A program made the position numbers and the translations under genes. From contig CAWCKY010000001.1 in the NCBI GenBank assembly GCA_963796275.1, forward strand, positions 832,001-896,000: 64,000 bases of DNA, read 5' to 3'. Below, piece by piece: positions 1 to 11,909 of this stretch. Each line of letters begins with the position of its first letter. Within the stretch, counting starts at the first letter, position 1. Origin of the DNA: an uncultured Acidobacteriota bacterium (GTDB taxonomy: Bacteria > Acidobacteriota > Blastocatellia > RBC074). The notes below the pieces were generated by a model. It was not told the DNA's origin. It saw nothing but the letters and a program-made list of their open reading frames with translations, and made no database searches.

Positions 1-359
1 TCGGCAGGTAAGGTCGGGCTGTCGGCGCCGATGACGGCCACGGAATCGAATCCCAAATCAAAAAAATCCATAAAGCAATGGGACAGCCGATCGCCCAGGT
101 CCTCTCCTCGCTGAGCGAGCATAAGGCAGCCCTCTCGTTCGACTACTTCGAAGGCCTCTTCCTCGCCAGCGGGCGTGTAGCAAAGTGCGAGCGCCAGCGC
201 CTCTCGCTCATCTTGCAGATATTCCATAAGGACGAATGTGTCCCGCAGAAAACTGATGTAGAGCTCCGTTACTTCGGCCGCACTGAGTTTCCCTATCAGC
301 CGTGTTTTGACCTCACCCTCGCGCGGCGCTTTTGCCAACAAGACCAATACCTCTTTCAA
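1..359 (-). CDS. TIGR04282/DUF2064-family (CofC-like) glycosyltransferase, 5' part; runs off the window edge
   Basis: Not in the ORF track. Manual translation from TTG at 359 (GGGAG/GAGGT upstream): [21 protein letters not shown]...[11 protein letters not shown]...[12 protein letters not shown], which has the AKxP..VKTRL, QxGxDLGxR and IGxDxP motifs. Confidence 0.85.
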   Translation of the reverse strand, partial: MKEVLVLLAKAPREGEVKTRLIGKLSAAEVTELYISFLRDTFVLMEYLQDEREALALALCYTPAGEEEAFEVVEREGCLMLAQRGEDLGDRLSHCFMDFFDLGFDSVAVIGADSPTLPA

Positions 360-448
360 ACCTCTATCTCCCTTACCGATGTCAGTAATTACGTATGTCG
401 AGGTGTAAAGGGGGGATGTCAAAATTTGTTTCCCCTTTTCGCTGCGAG

Positions 449-1270
449 CTAGCGCGGTTTTTCCGCATCCTCGAGTCGCTTCGCTTCATTCCAATACTCA
501 TCCATCTGGGTAAGCGATGTGTCAACCCAGGCGATGCCCCGTTCTAGGAGCCTTTTCTCGATGTGACTGAACCGGCGACGGAATTTGCGGTTTGCCCCCT
601 TGAGCGCCGATTCCGGTTCTACTCCGTGCCAGCGGGCGATGTTTGTGATAACGAAAAGCAGATCGCCGATCTCATCTGCGATTGCATCCTGATCGCGGTC
701 ATCGCGATTGATTTCGTCCTTCAACTCCCGGAGCTCCTCCTCGAGCTTGGTGAATATGTCATCGCCGTGCTTCCAGTCGAAACCGACGCGGGCGGCTTTG
801 GCGGTCAATTGGTTCGCTTCGAGCAACGCAGGGAGTTTGGTTGACGTGCCGGCCAGGAGCGATTCGCGTTTGTCTTCTTTCTGGCCATTCTGCTCACGTT
901 CGGCGGCTTTGATCGATTCCCAGTTCGAAAGCACTTCGGCCGTGCTCGAGACTTTTTCATCGCCGAAGACGTGCGGGTGGCGGCGAGTCATTTTTTCGTG
1001 AACGCGCGCAATTGCCTGGTAGACATCGAAATGCCCGGACTCTGTGCCGATCTGTCCGTAAAAGACGATCTGGAAGAGCAGGTCGCCGAGCTCGTCGCGC
1101 AATTCGCCCCAATTTCCGGATTCGGCGGCTTCGATTACCTCGTAAGCCTCTTCAATCAACATAGGCCCGAGAGTTGTGTAATTTTGCTCACGATCCCACG
1201 GACATCCGTCGGGGGAGCGCAAACGCTCCATCATCTCAACCAGGTCCTGAAAATTCTTTTTAGATTCCAT
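449..1270 (-). CDS. mazG: Nucleoside triphosphate pyrophosphohydrolase MazG
   Basis: [31 protein letters not shown] and a second EEE..E..EIGDLLF repeat. Start placed at MESKK. Confidence 0.95.
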   Translation of the reverse strand: MESKKNFQDLVEMMERLRSPDGCPWDREQNYTTLGPMLIEEAYEVIEAAESGNWGELRDELGDLLFQIVFYGQIGTESGHFDVYQAIARVHEKMTRRHPHVFGDEKVSSTAEVLSNWESIKAAEREQNGQKEDKRESLLAGTSTKLPALLEANQLTAKAARVGFDWKHGDDIFTKLEEELRELKDEINRDDRDQDAIADEIGDLLFVITNIARWHGVEPESALKGANRKFRRRFSHIEKRLLERGIAWVDTSLTQMDEYWNEAKRLEDAEKPR

Positions 1271-1566
1271 TATTTCTTCCCACCGAAGTGAGGCAATATA
1301 ACAAACTGTCAGTTGACTCAACAAGAATTCGGTTATAGCAATATTTCATAGTTGGTGATCAATTTTGTGGCATTTTTTCCTTATGCATAGGGGAAAATTT
1401 GCGATCTTCCCCTTAACATCTAAGCTGTGCTGTGGTAAAAACTTTTGTCCCAATACGAGTTTGGCCATTCCCTGGATCAACCTTCCTCCTTCGACTGCTC
1501 TAGCACGGGCCTTGCTATAAGAATAAGCTCGTTCCTGCAAACCAATCAATCGCGAGGAGTTCCGAG

Positions 1567-2001
1567 ATGCTTGCTACCAAACCCGAAAAGGCGTTGCAAC
1601 CGATTGCCATCACTGATAATAAACCCCGCCTGCTACTTTTCAGCGATTCAGCCGAGCGTTTAAATGCGCTCAAATCTTGCGTTGCCGCCGCTGATTTCGA
1701 AATCTATTTAGCGTGTTCAATGAAAGAAATGCGGCGCGCCTGTCGCCAGCCGCATGACCTGGTTGCAATCGATGCCGCCCCTTCAGATATCATCGAGATA
1801 CTCAATCTGATTCGAGGGAGCGCGGTCAATGCAGAGATTCCGGTCTTGGTAGAGTATACAAGGATCAGCAAAGATCAGAGGCTCGCCGGCGTTCTGCCGA
1901 ACTTTCGGGCGATGCCTTGCAACAATGCGGAAATGCAGGTTCTTTTGCGTAAGCAGATTGGTGCGACCGATCGCACACAAAGTCGCCGCTTTATGCTTTA
2001 A
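1567..2001 (+). CDS. Degenerate receiver (CheY-like) domain protein
   Basis: GAGGAG SD. LLLFSD..HDLVAID..PVLV pattern of REC strands, but AMP replaces the conserved KP. Confidence 0.6.
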   Translation: MLATKPEKALQPIAITDNKPRLLLFSDSAERLNALKSCVAAADFEIYLACSMKEMRRACRQPHDLVAIDAAPSDIIEILNLIRGSAVNAEIPVLVEYTRISKDQRLAGVLPNFRAMPCNNAEMQVLLRKQIGATDRTQSRRFML

Positions 2002-2986
2002 GTGTCAGGGATGCGAGCAATGCCGCGCCGATAACTCCCGCTTCGGCGCCTAGCTCGGCTGATACGATCCGGCAATCATAGAATGCTTCTTCGGAGACCC
2101 TTTGTTGTGTTTCCTGGGCGATCGCGTGTACGAGGAATCGGCGCCCGGCCGGAGCTCCTCCGACTGCGATCATGGATAGGTTGAGAAGGCTGGTAACGTC
2201 TGCGATTGCCATCGCGATAAATATACCCGTACGTTGCAGCATCATCTTCGCGAGATCGTCGCCTTCGTGCGCCGCCGTAATTATATCGTCGTAGGTGAAT
2301 CCTCCCATCGCGCCCAACCGCGAAAGGGAGGATGTCTTATCGCGTTGTAACCGGTCGCGTGTGCGACGGACGATGTTCTCGGCTGAGACCATCGTCTCAA
2401 GCTGCACCGAATCCCCGTTGCGCTCGGGATCGATTCTTACCTGGCCGATCGAGCCTGCGAGTCCCGACCTGCCCCGCTGTAGCTTCCCGCCCAGGACGAG
2501 TCCAGCGCTGACATTTGCGCCGATGTGCAGATAGAGCCAGTTATCCACACCCTGCGCGATTCCTTCGGTCATTTCAGCATAAGCTGCCGCATTCGCATTA
2601 TTGTCGAAGTAGACGGGAACCCCGAATAGTTGGGAAAACTCCCGTTGAAGATCGATTTCTGCCAAGCTCGGCAGATGCGGCATGGGGAGAACGCGCTGGG
2701 TGTCCTGATTGACCGGGCTGGGAAAAGCAACCCCGATGGCGGACACCGGGAAGGTCGAATTATGCTCCTCAACCATCTGTTTTGTGACCATCAGAATCTG
2801 GTCGGCGAGCGCGTACGAATTCTGTGTCGCCTGTTCAGAGTAGGGTTCGCGGCGAAATGCCATGAGGCGACCGCCCCCCTCGACCATTCCGATGCGGATG
2901 TGGTTACCGCCCAGGTCGATGCCGAGAAGACCCGCCTCCATAAACGCTTCTTGCGAAGATTCAGTGGGAGGAAAATTCTGTGTCAT
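1991..2986 (-). CDS. ROK-family protein with degenerate catalytic motifs
   Basis: [29 protein letters not shown] and AGVIGAA motifs. No HTH domain. Confidence 0.85.
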   Translation of the reverse strand: MTQNFPPTESSQEAFMEAGLLGIDLGGNHIRIGMVEGGGRLMAFRREPYSEQATQNSYALADQILMVTKQMVEEHNSTFPVSAIGVAFPSPVNQDTQRVLPMPHLPSLAEIDLQREFSQLFGVPVYFDNNANAAAYAEMTEGIAQGVDNWLYLHIGANVSAGLVLGGKLQRGRSGLAGSIGQVRIDPERNGDSVQLETMVSAENIVRRTRDRLQRDKTSSLSRLGAMGGFTYDDIITAAHEGDDLAKMMLQRTGIFIAMAIADVTSLLNLSMIAVGGAPAGRRFLVHAIAQETQQRVSEEAFYDCRIVSAELGAEAGVIGAALLASLTLKA

Positions 2987-3164
2987 AGTAAGTTGCCCGC
3001 GCGCCGACTATAGCAATGCATCCTAACGCTGTCAATTTATGACCTCATTTGCAAATAAACGTAATTTTAGTCTTAATTGAGATGGCTTGCGATGTGGGAT
3101 TCCATCAAGTATCTTACGTCGCGCTTGCTTCATATTCTGCAATCGCAAATATTTACCTTGATCA

Positions 3165-3863
3165 ATGCTAATTGAAGACCTGATAAGAGAATACGGATTA
3201 TGGGCTGTCTTCATCGGTGTAATGATCGAAGGCGATCTGACGCTGCTTTTTGCGGGGGTTTTGGCGCACTACGGTCTTTTCAGTTTCAGTGAGGCGCTGC
3301 TCACTGGAACACTTGGCGGGTTTGTCAGCGACATGATCAGCTATCTCATAGGGTACCGTGGTAAGGAGTGGATAAAAAACAGCCGATTTTACCAACGAGC
3401 TCAGCCGAGGCTAGAGAGGTTGTGTGCGCGCTTCGGTATTTACTCGATCTTCCTCGTCAAGTATGTCTGGGGACTTCGGACTGCGAGCGCGGTCTTCTGG
3501 GGGTTCGCTCACATGCGGTTGAGCCGGTTCAGCCCATTCACATTTGCCAGTTGTGGGCTTTGGGCGCTCATCCTGATCGGCAGCGGATATTTCTTCAGCG
3601 GAGCCATCGGAGTAATAATCGGCGAAGTGCATCGCATCGGATTTTTATTGTTACTTGGATTTACGATCGCCTGCGCAGTGGCTCTCGCATTTTATCTGAT
3701 CGAGCGGTACGTCATCGCCCGCAGGGTTCCCGAGTTGGAGCCTCCGCTCCTGCACGATCCGGTGCACGAGAAAATGCACGAGACTCCGCCCGACGATCTT
3801 GAGTGTGAGTACGAGGAAGACATGACAGAAAGTCGCAAAGACGCAAAGGCACAACGGAGATGA
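3165..3863 (+). CDS. DedA/VTT-family membrane protein
   Basis: [31 protein letters not shown] and several hydrophobic segments. Confidence 0.9.
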   Translation: MLIEDLIREYGLWAVFIGVMIEGDLTLLFAGVLAHYGLFSFSEALLTGTLGGFVSDMISYLIGYRGKEWIKNSRFYQRAQPRLERLCARFGIYSIFLVKYVWGLRTASAVFWGFAHMRLSRFSPFTFASCGLWALILIGSGYFFSGAIGVIIGEVHRIGFLLLLGFTIACAVALAFYLIERYVIARRVPELEPPLLHDPVHEKMHETPPDDLECEYEEDMTESRKDAKAQRR

Positions 3864-3864
3864 T

Positions 3865-3963
<99 letters not shown>

Positions 3964-4608
3964 GCAACTTTGGAATCAAGTGTTTACCACAACGACGAAC
4001 GAAAGAACAAACATCAGTCATCCTTTTGGTCACCCTAATTAATTTAATAATCGGGATTTCTGCGATCTGAATACGGGCATACGGATTGTCCGGGATACGC
4101 TTCTTCAAATGGGGGCGTGCCCTCGATGGTTTCTGCACCATTCCTCGCGGTGACCCGCTGGCTATCCACTTATAGCGGTTTTGCTGGCTTATGCTCGTGA
4201 AGCAGGCATTTGCGTGGAAGTCTGGCTGATAAGAGCAATTACCCGAACGGCTGCCGGTGGTTTCAGGGCATAAGACAGATGAGTAATGGCCGGGCTCTTG
4301 ATGATGCGTACCGTACGCAAAGCCCGGCCCTCCCCGCCGCGCAAAGCCCACTAACTGCACGGCAAGACTTGCTCGGGGCAGTGTTATATGTGCTGGGGTG
4401 GTGAATATGTGTCGCTATAATGGGACAAAAATGTTTATATTTTGTTTCGGTGCAAAAAATTTGCTAAGCGGCAATGCAGACCGGGGAGGGAATTCCTGGT
4501 TCGCCTTTTTGTTATTGGTGCCTCATTCTTGATTTCACCCGGTTTTTGCTTTCTGGGTTGCGGCGCATTCAGTTCGATGTAGCAGTGGTTGTTTGGTCCG
4601 GGATGCCC

Positions 4609-4674
4609 TTAATATTGTGGAAACAAAGTTTTTGATATTGTTCTAGCCCCTTCGCGGGCTGCAGCATTATCAAA
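4609..4674 (-). repeat. Miniature inverted-repeat element family A, partial copy
   Basis: Reverse complement TTTGATAATGCTGCAGCCCGCGAAGGGGCTAGAACAATATCAAAAACTTTGTTTCCACAATATTAA aligns with 19239-19306. Confidence 0.8.
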
Positions 4675-4770
4675 TAACATACATAGTTTACAGGTTACTT
4701 AATGTCACGATTGCTCCTTTATCGTGCTGGAATCTCATTCGTGTTTGGCTCTTCCACAACCCCCAGCACC

Positions 4771-5319
4771 TCATAGTTTCTTGGCCGGAGGAGGCGACGG
4801 ATATTGCTCAAACATCTGCGTCAAGGCTTTGCTGAGCGTTTTTTCGACTTGCTCAGGCGAGTCGATGAGAGTACTGCTCGCAGTCCCGTGCCATATAAAC
4901 TTTCCGTTTTTGACATCAAAGATGTCGATAATCAGGTGGCCCACCGGAATCATCTCGATAGGTTTAGTCGGCGTCCCGCCTAAATCGTTGGACCATTTCC
5001 CTCCTCCATATGTCTCCAGATCGGTCGTATTTGGTTTTGTAAATTTCTCCGTACCGGCGTGGTAAACCAGGACTATATCCGGTTTATCGTTTGCATCGAT
5101 CTTTTGCAGGCCCTTGGCGGCGAGTTGCGCATCAATGCCATCGACGATCTGCTGATTGAGCAACTTGTTTTTAACCGGAGTCCCATTCACATAGGCGTAG
5201 GTCTTATAGCCTGAGAAGTCGTTCCCCTTGTCATACTCCACTTTCACATCCTGCGCCACGATGCCGCTGGTCATAATCACCACAAAACACAGACACCAAC
5301 CTTTTCGACCTAACCTCAT
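4771..5319 (-). CDS. DUF4136-family secreted protein (paralog 1)
   Basis: AGGAGG SD, signal peptide, VKVEYDK..DFSGYKTY, QLAAKGL, GHLIIDIFD..IWHGTA and MFEQYP. Confidence 0.85.
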   Translation of the reverse strand: MRLGRKGWCLCFVVIMTSGIVAQDVKVEYDKGNDFSGYKTYAYVNGTPVKNKLLNQQIVDGIDAQLAAKGLQKIDANDKPDIVLVYHAGTEKFTKPNTTDLETYGGGKWSNDLGGTPTKPIEMIPVGHLIIDIFDVKNGKFIWHGTASSTLIDSPEQVEKTLSKALTQMFEQYPSPPPAKKL

Positions 5320-5617
5320 AATCTCCTCCTTGCAATGATCAGAGTTTGAATTAAAAGAATAAGTATCCACTTTTAGAGTCAGTCAACTCCATATACAGCT
5401 AATCCCAACTTGGCCTTCGGGTCGTGCCATCATCGGATCAGCCCGAACTTCGGCGACTGCTTGCGCAACCGGTGCCGCGTTAGGTCCGCATTGTGGGGAG
5501 CGCCTTCAACGTAGAGTATACTCAGTCTTTTTACAGTCGTTAGTTATTGTGGGCAGCATCTCTATTGCCTGCCATCCTGATTAACGCATCGAAAGTTGAG
5601 GCTCTGCGGTCAACTTG

Positions 5618-6301
5618 CTATCTGACTATTAGCTCAAAGGGTCTCTCGCCAAGTTCAGCGAGAACAGATTGAATGATCATGTTCTCGCCGAGCGCGGGCT
5701 TGATAGCCAGACCTTGCTTGAGGCACCTGAGGGCGAGCTGCTGGTGCCCCAGGTCATACAGGCCTAGACCTAGTCCGACCCAGGCTTCGGCATTGCTGGA
5801 GTCTATCCTGACGGCTATGAGGAAAGCCCGGGTTGATTGTTCAACATCGTCCCTGATCGCGAATTCCACTCCGAGGTCGAAGTATCTTCTCGCGTCCGCT
5901 TCGACAACTCCTATCCCCTCGAGGCTTGTACCGACACTGTCCTCTGTCCTGGTTCGCTGGACATTGATGATCGCCAGCATATGCATCACATCAGGGTGGG
6001 TCCCTAGCTCTGGTTTCAGATCGATCGCTTTGAGGAGGCACTTTTCTCCATCCTCCCAATGATCGAGGTCGAGCAGGGTAGCGCCGAGCATCAACCATGC
6101 ATCGGCGAATTGCGGGTCACTCTCCACAGATGCGTGGAATGCCTTAGCAGCCAGCTCGAGGTTATCAACCTGGACATACTTGATGCCCTGTTGGAAATAT
6201 CCCTTGGCGGGAGAATCGGATTGCGCAAAAGCCTGACTGCCGAGGGCAGCGACGGCGAGCACTGCGATAGCGACGAGGGAGCGTATATTCTTGCTTTTCA
6301 T
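5618..6301 (-). CDS. Secreted TPR-repeat protein
   Basis: Signal peptide ending AFA. Two TPR pairs (YFQQG../ADAWLMLG..; YFDLG../AEAWVGLG..). Confidence 0.8.
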   Translation of the reverse strand: MKSKNIRSLVAIAVLAVAALGSQAFAQSDSPAKGYFQQGIKYVQVDNLELAAKAFHASVESDPQFADAWLMLGATLLDLDHWEDGEKCLLKAIDLKPELGTHPDVMHMLAIINVQRTRTEDSVGTSLEGIGVVEADARRYFDLGVEFAIRDDVEQSTRAFLIAVRIDSSNAEAWVGLGLGLYDLGHQQLALRCLKQGLAIKPALGENMIIQSVLAELGERPFELIVR

Positions 6302-6373
6302 TTTCGATCTCCTTCCATTCCTTTCCATCAACTTATTGCTACAGTGAACATACCAGCGTCTTGGGCTGTTGAA

Positions 6374-6434
6374 AATTGTATGTTAGTTCCATCTAATTGT
6401 ACTTTAGTGATATGCGGTTTGTACTAATGGGAAA
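6374..6434. promoter_or_regulatory. Three phased TTGTA(C) boxes, putative response-regulator binding array upstream of the TPR gene
   Basis: TTGTA at 6376, TTGTAC at 6397 and 6419 (21-22 bp period). Same half-site as the palindrome at 6965-6984. Confidence 0.45.
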
Positions 6435-6473
6435 TCACAGTTGGACGGTAAGTGGGAACGCTGGGTGAGGTTT

Positions 6474-6839
6474 TCAGAGGCCGATCGTGTGAATGGCTGT
6501 TATCAGGGAATGGGTGCTGAACGGCTTGTTGAAGAAGTCAACCGCCCCAGCCTGTAGCACATGCTTCTGCATCTCTGCATCCTTTTTACCGGAGATGAAG
6601 ATGATCGGGATGCGTTGGCTGAAGTCATTTAGTCGCTGCTGCAGCTCGATTCCGCTCATCCCGGGCAAATCCACGTCCAGGATGAGGCAGGCCGAGTCGC
6701 ATATTCGCCCGGAATCAAGAAACTCCTCCGCCGAGGTGAACGTCTCAACGTCGAACGCGGCCGACCGGATGATTCGCGCCAACATTCGGCTTATCGACCG
6801 GTCATCATCCACCACAGAGATTAAGCGCTTCGCAACCAA
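6474..6839 (-). CDS. Single-domain response regulator (FixJ-like receiver)
   Basis: VVDDD, LILDVDLPGMSG, IFISG and FFNKP. Confidence 0.9.
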   Translation of the reverse strand: MVAKRLISVVDDDRSISRMLARIIRSAAFDVETFTSAEEFLDSGRICDSACLILDVDLPGMSGIELQQRLNDFSQRIPIIFISGKKDAEMQKHVLQAGAVDFFNKPFSTHSLITAIHTIGL

Positions 6840-6964
6840 ATAAATCTGCTCCCTTCATTTAATTTGACGATCTAAAAAATCGCTTCCGATGAAATCCTGA
6901 CGGCCGCATAGTTTCCCGCGGCATCGTGTCCGCGATAAAAATATCAGAAGAGAGGGAAGGTGAG

Positions 6965-6984
6965 AATTGTACTTTGGGACAATT
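6965..6984. promoter_or_regulatory. Imperfect palindrome AATTGTACTTTGGGACAATT, putative regulator site
   Basis: AATTGT/ACAATT inverted arms between the two response-regulator genes. Confidence 0.45.
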
Positions 6985-6988
6985 CGGT

Positions 6989-7615
6989 TTAGCGTCCCTG
7001 CGCCGCGATCCCCAGCTTATCGGCCATACGGACCAGATCGGCCACTGAATCAGCCTGCATCTTTTGCATGACCTGATGGCGGTGAGCCTTGACCGTCCGC
7101 TCGGTAGTACCGATTTCCCCAGCGATCTGTTTGTTGAGTAAGCCTACTGCGACCAGGGCGAAGACCTCGCGCTCGCGCGCGGTGAGAGAGCCGTAGTGCT
7201 GGCGCAGGTCTGCAACCGCGATGCGCTGTTGTCTCGCCTCTCGGTCCAGATTGATCGCTTCCCTGACGGCGTCCAGCAAATCCTGATTGCGGAAGGGCTT
7301 GGTCAGGAATCCAACCGCGCCAGCCTTCACCGCCTGCACTGACATTGGGATGTCGCCGTGCCCGGTGATGAAAACGGTCGGGATCTGATGGCCTGCCTTC
7401 GCCAGCTCACGCTGGAGGTCGAGCCCGCTCAAACCTGGCATCTGGACGTCGAGGATGAGACACGAAGGTGCATCCGGAGCGGAGGCGTGCAGAAACTCTT
7501 CAGCCGACGCGTAGGAGACTGACTGCAGGCCTACAGTACCGACGAGCCGCGCGAGGAAGGCGCGAAACGACGAATCGTCGTCCACGATGATGACGACAGG
7601 TGGCTTTTCGGTCAT
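6989..7615 (-). CDS. FixJ/NodW-family response regulator (REC + LuxR HTH)
   Basis: IVDDD, LDVQMPGLSG, ITGHGDIPMSV, LTAREREV and LLNKQIA..TERTVKAHR. Confidence 0.92.
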   Translation of the reverse strand: MTEKPPVVIIVDDDSSFRAFLARLVGTVGLQSVSYASAEEFLHASAPDAPSCLILDVQMPGLSGLDLQRELAKAGHQIPTVFITGHGDIPMSVQAVKAGAVGFLTKPFRNQDLLDAVREAINLDREARQQRIAVADLRQHYGSLTAREREVFALVAVGLLNKQIAGEIGTTERTVKAHRHQVMQKMQADSVADLVRMADKLGIAAQGR

Positions 7616-9640
7616 GATCCCTCCTTCTTCCCGGCCGGCAGCGTGAACATAAAAGTCGCCCCCGGCCCGTCATGGGCTTCGGCCCACAGGCGGCCCCCAT
7701 GCGCCTCGATGATCGATCGGCTGATTGCCAGCCCCATCCCCATCCCACCTGGTTTGGTTGTATGAAAGGCTTTGAACATTTGTTCGAAATTCCGGGGGGC
7801 GATCCCGATACCGCAGTCCCATACCGAAGCCAGCACCAAATTTCCCTCGCCCTTCTCCGTCATTACTTTTAGTTCCCGTGTTCGTCCTTCGACCCCGGCC
7901 ATGGCATCGATGCCGTTTATGAACAGGTTGAGTAGCACCTGCTGCAACTGCACACGGTCGCCGAGCACAGGCGGGAGAATGGTACCCAGCTCGGCACGGA
8001 GCGTGACCTGTTTTCTTTTCGCTTCATGTCCAACCAGCAACAGAACCTCGCGGATGGCCATGTTGAGGTCAAGCTCTGTCTTCTGCGTAGTACTTTTCTT
8101 GACCATGGCACGGATCCTGGCGATGATCTCGCTCGCGCGGAGTCCGTCGCTCGCGATGTCGGCAAGTGCCTCGCGCGCCAGCTCGAGGTCGGGTTGACGA
8201 TCGTTGAGCTTTTGGAGGCAGATTTCGGCGTTGCCGACGATGGCGCCCAGCGGTTGATTGACCTCATGAGCGATCGAGGCAGCCAGCTCACTCATTGTCG
8301 TCACCCGTGTGACGTGCGCGAGCTCGGCCTGCGTCCGACGCAACTCTTCCTCAGCCTGCATGCGCTCGGTGATGTCGATTCCCATCCCGACAAGATACGG
8401 CTTGCCGTCGAAGAGCACTCGCCGGCCGGTGAAAAAGTATGGGATGGTCCGCCCATCCTTGCAGACTAGCCCTGCCTCCACAGTCGCCTCACCCGTTGTG
8501 AAGACCTCGCCGATCCTCTCCGCGATCAGATGCTTGTCATACCCGGAGAAGAATTCAAGCGGATGCATCCCCTCAATCTCTTTGCGCGAATAGCCGGTGA
8601 CGATTTCAAAGTTTTTGTTCCACCTGAGGAACCGGCCCTCATGGTCGTAGTGGTAAAAGACTCCAGGCAGGCTATCGATCGTGGTGTCGGAGAAACTCTT
8701 CTCCCACATCAGACTCTCCTCGGCTCGTTTTCGCGCGATGACCCGGCCCAACTCTGCGGCAACCGTGACAATCACTCCCATCAGTCGTTCATCCTCCTGT
8801 TGCGGCTCGCGCAGAAAGAATTCGATCACCGCCAGAACCTCGTCGCCTGAGAGGATGGGGATCCCCAACGCCGCTTTCAACCCGGATTCTCTGGCAACCT
8901 CAAACCTGGGGAAGTTGGCGTCCAGAGTGACATCCTCAATCCAGACAGGTTGCTTCGATGCCAACACGCGCCCTGGCAGACCAACTCCCGGCAGAAAACT
9001 AGCGTTCTCAGAGGCGGCCCGGAAATTGGCTAGACCATCGACGCCGGTGAACCATGCCGGGCTGCAATCGAGGGCTACGCCGCCCTGACGCGGGATCCAT
9101 GCCTGACCGATTGCCCAACCTGTTTTCTCGCAGACGCGCTGAAGCACGACTTCCAGAGCGTTAGTAAGATCAATGGCCGCCGCCACTTCCATCGAGATAG
9201 TTTGCAGCAGGCTGAGCCGCTCTTCCGCACGCTTGCGCTTGGTGATATCACGCCAGACGGTATATAGGATCTGCCGGTCGTCCAACGGAATAGCCGTGAG
9301 CAGAACCTCAACGGGAAGCACACTGCCATCAGCGAGTTTGATCATCCACTCGAAGCGGTGATTACCTCTTTCGAAGGCCGTTGATCATCTCGTTTGCTTC
9401 GAATAAGGAGCGTCCGGCGGTTTGAAATGGAGGCGAGAGGGCTGAAGGATGAGTCGATAGTAACTCTTCCTTACTGGAGTATTGCAGCATTTGGACGGCC
9501 GCCTGATTGCAATCTACGAAAATGCCACCGTCAATCAGGAGAATGGCATCAGCCGATCTTTCGAACAGCAGATTTAATGTGTTCTCCGGCAACATCTCAT
9601 GCGCTGGTTTGTGAATATTGCTCGCCACTTCTCCATTCAC
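7612..9640 (-). CDS. PAS-GAF-PAS histidine kinase (NodV/FixL-like), frameshifted near 9379
   Basis: ORF 9640-9362 (PAS start) continues in another frame as AFERGNHRFEWMIK into ORF 9345-7612, which has the IAHEVNQPL H box and N, G1 and G2 boxes. Confidence 0.85.
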
Positions 9641-9781
9641 CGGATCAGGCCGTCAAAACAACAAATGAGAAAGAGATAACGACAGAGTCGATAAAATATT
9701 CGATGGCCGCCTGCGACACTGAGAATCTTCCATACTCTTTGATCATACATTGCCCCTTATCAGTGCAGGACAGGAACCTCA

Positions 9782-10333
9782 TTACTTCTTCACCTTTGGC
9801 GGGTACTTCTTGAACATCTTCGTGACAGCCTTGTTAATAGTTTTTTCGACTTTCTCAAGCTTGTCGCTAAGCGTATCGCTCGCAGTCCCGCGCCAGACGT
9901 ACTTCTTGTTTTTGACATCGCCGATATCGACGATTAGTTGGCCTACTAGAATCTTATCCATATAGGTAGTCGTCGTGCCCATTCCTCCATAACCGGGCCA
10001 ACCATACGCCCAACCGGGCCCATAGATTCCCGTGTTGACGGTATTCATTTGGATATCAATGTCGGTCGCGGCGTGATACACAACGACCAGGTCAGGATTG
10101 TTATTAACCTCGACCTTTTGCAATCCCTTGGCGGTGAGCTGCGAGTCAATATCTTCGATTATTCGAGCATGCAGCATCGGAGTCTTGGCCGGAGTCCCAG
10201 TATCCCAGGTATAGGTCTTATAGCTTGAGAAGTCGGTGGACTTGTCCCAATCCACGTTGACCTTTTGCGCAAGCGCGCTGCCGTTCAAAATCGAAAAAAT
10301 ACTGAGATACAAAGCGATTCGTACTACCCTCAT
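9782..10333 (-). CDS. DUF4136-family secreted protein (paralog 2)
   Basis: Signal peptide, VNVDWDK..DFSSYKTY, QLTAKGL, GQLIVDI..VWRGTA and MFKKYPP. Clearly homologous to 4771-5319. Confidence 0.88.
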   Translation of the reverse strand: MRVVRIALYLSIFSILNGSALAQKVNVDWDKSTDFSSYKTYTWDTGTPAKTPMLHARIIEDIDSQLTAKGLQKVEVNNNPDLVVVYHAATDIDIQMNTVNTGIYGPGWAYGWPGYGGMGTTTTYMDKILVGQLIVDIGDVKNKKYVWRGTASDTLSDKLEKVEKTINKAVTKMFKKYPPKVKK

Positions 10334-10855
10334 GATTTCCTTCCTATCTGGTTATCAACTCTGTGGCTGGGTAGATAATGGTTCAGTTTCTTCGGGAGGC
10401 AACTGAATCGGCTTCCATCCTCTGCATCATCGGACTACAGCGCACTTTCACGGTCACTTCGCGAGTATCGGACAAAAGGCAAATCAAAATCACAAATGTC
10501 AAATTATAAATGCCACCTGGTCGTCATCGACAACAAAGGCTATAAGATCTACTTCCTTCATTTTGCATTCACACGATTTGCTGGATGTGTGACGTTGAAT
10601 GTGGAATTACGCTCGGCTTTAACATCGCCATATCTCGCCGCTACTTTTAGACCTGGGTGTTCGGCTGATAGCCATTAGTACTGTTGGAATTGGAAGCTGG
10701 GTGTATGATTCTTTTATTGGATTTACAGAGAAATGTTAACAACATGCTGCAACCAAGTCAATGATCTCTATTTTCAGATAGGATTATACGTGAGGCAACC
10801 GGTATTCCTCGCCAGTCACCAGAGCAGATGCGCCTCGCAATATTTAAACGGGCAG

Positions 10856-11773
<918 letters not shown>

Positions 11774-11909
11774 GAAAAGCCTCCGGAACCTCGGAAGAAT
11801 CATTGAGTGAATATCTCCGCGAGGTCCACATCGGGGTGAGACTGGGGGCGCATTCAAATACAGGTTCAAATCGGTCGAATCAAATCCAGGTTCATGATAG
11901 CACGTTGTT

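Noticed and set aside
1501-1515. Sigma54-like site TAGCACGGGCCTTGC before the pseudo-receiver gene
   Set aside because: The near-invariant -24 GG reads AG, which is too weak to call.
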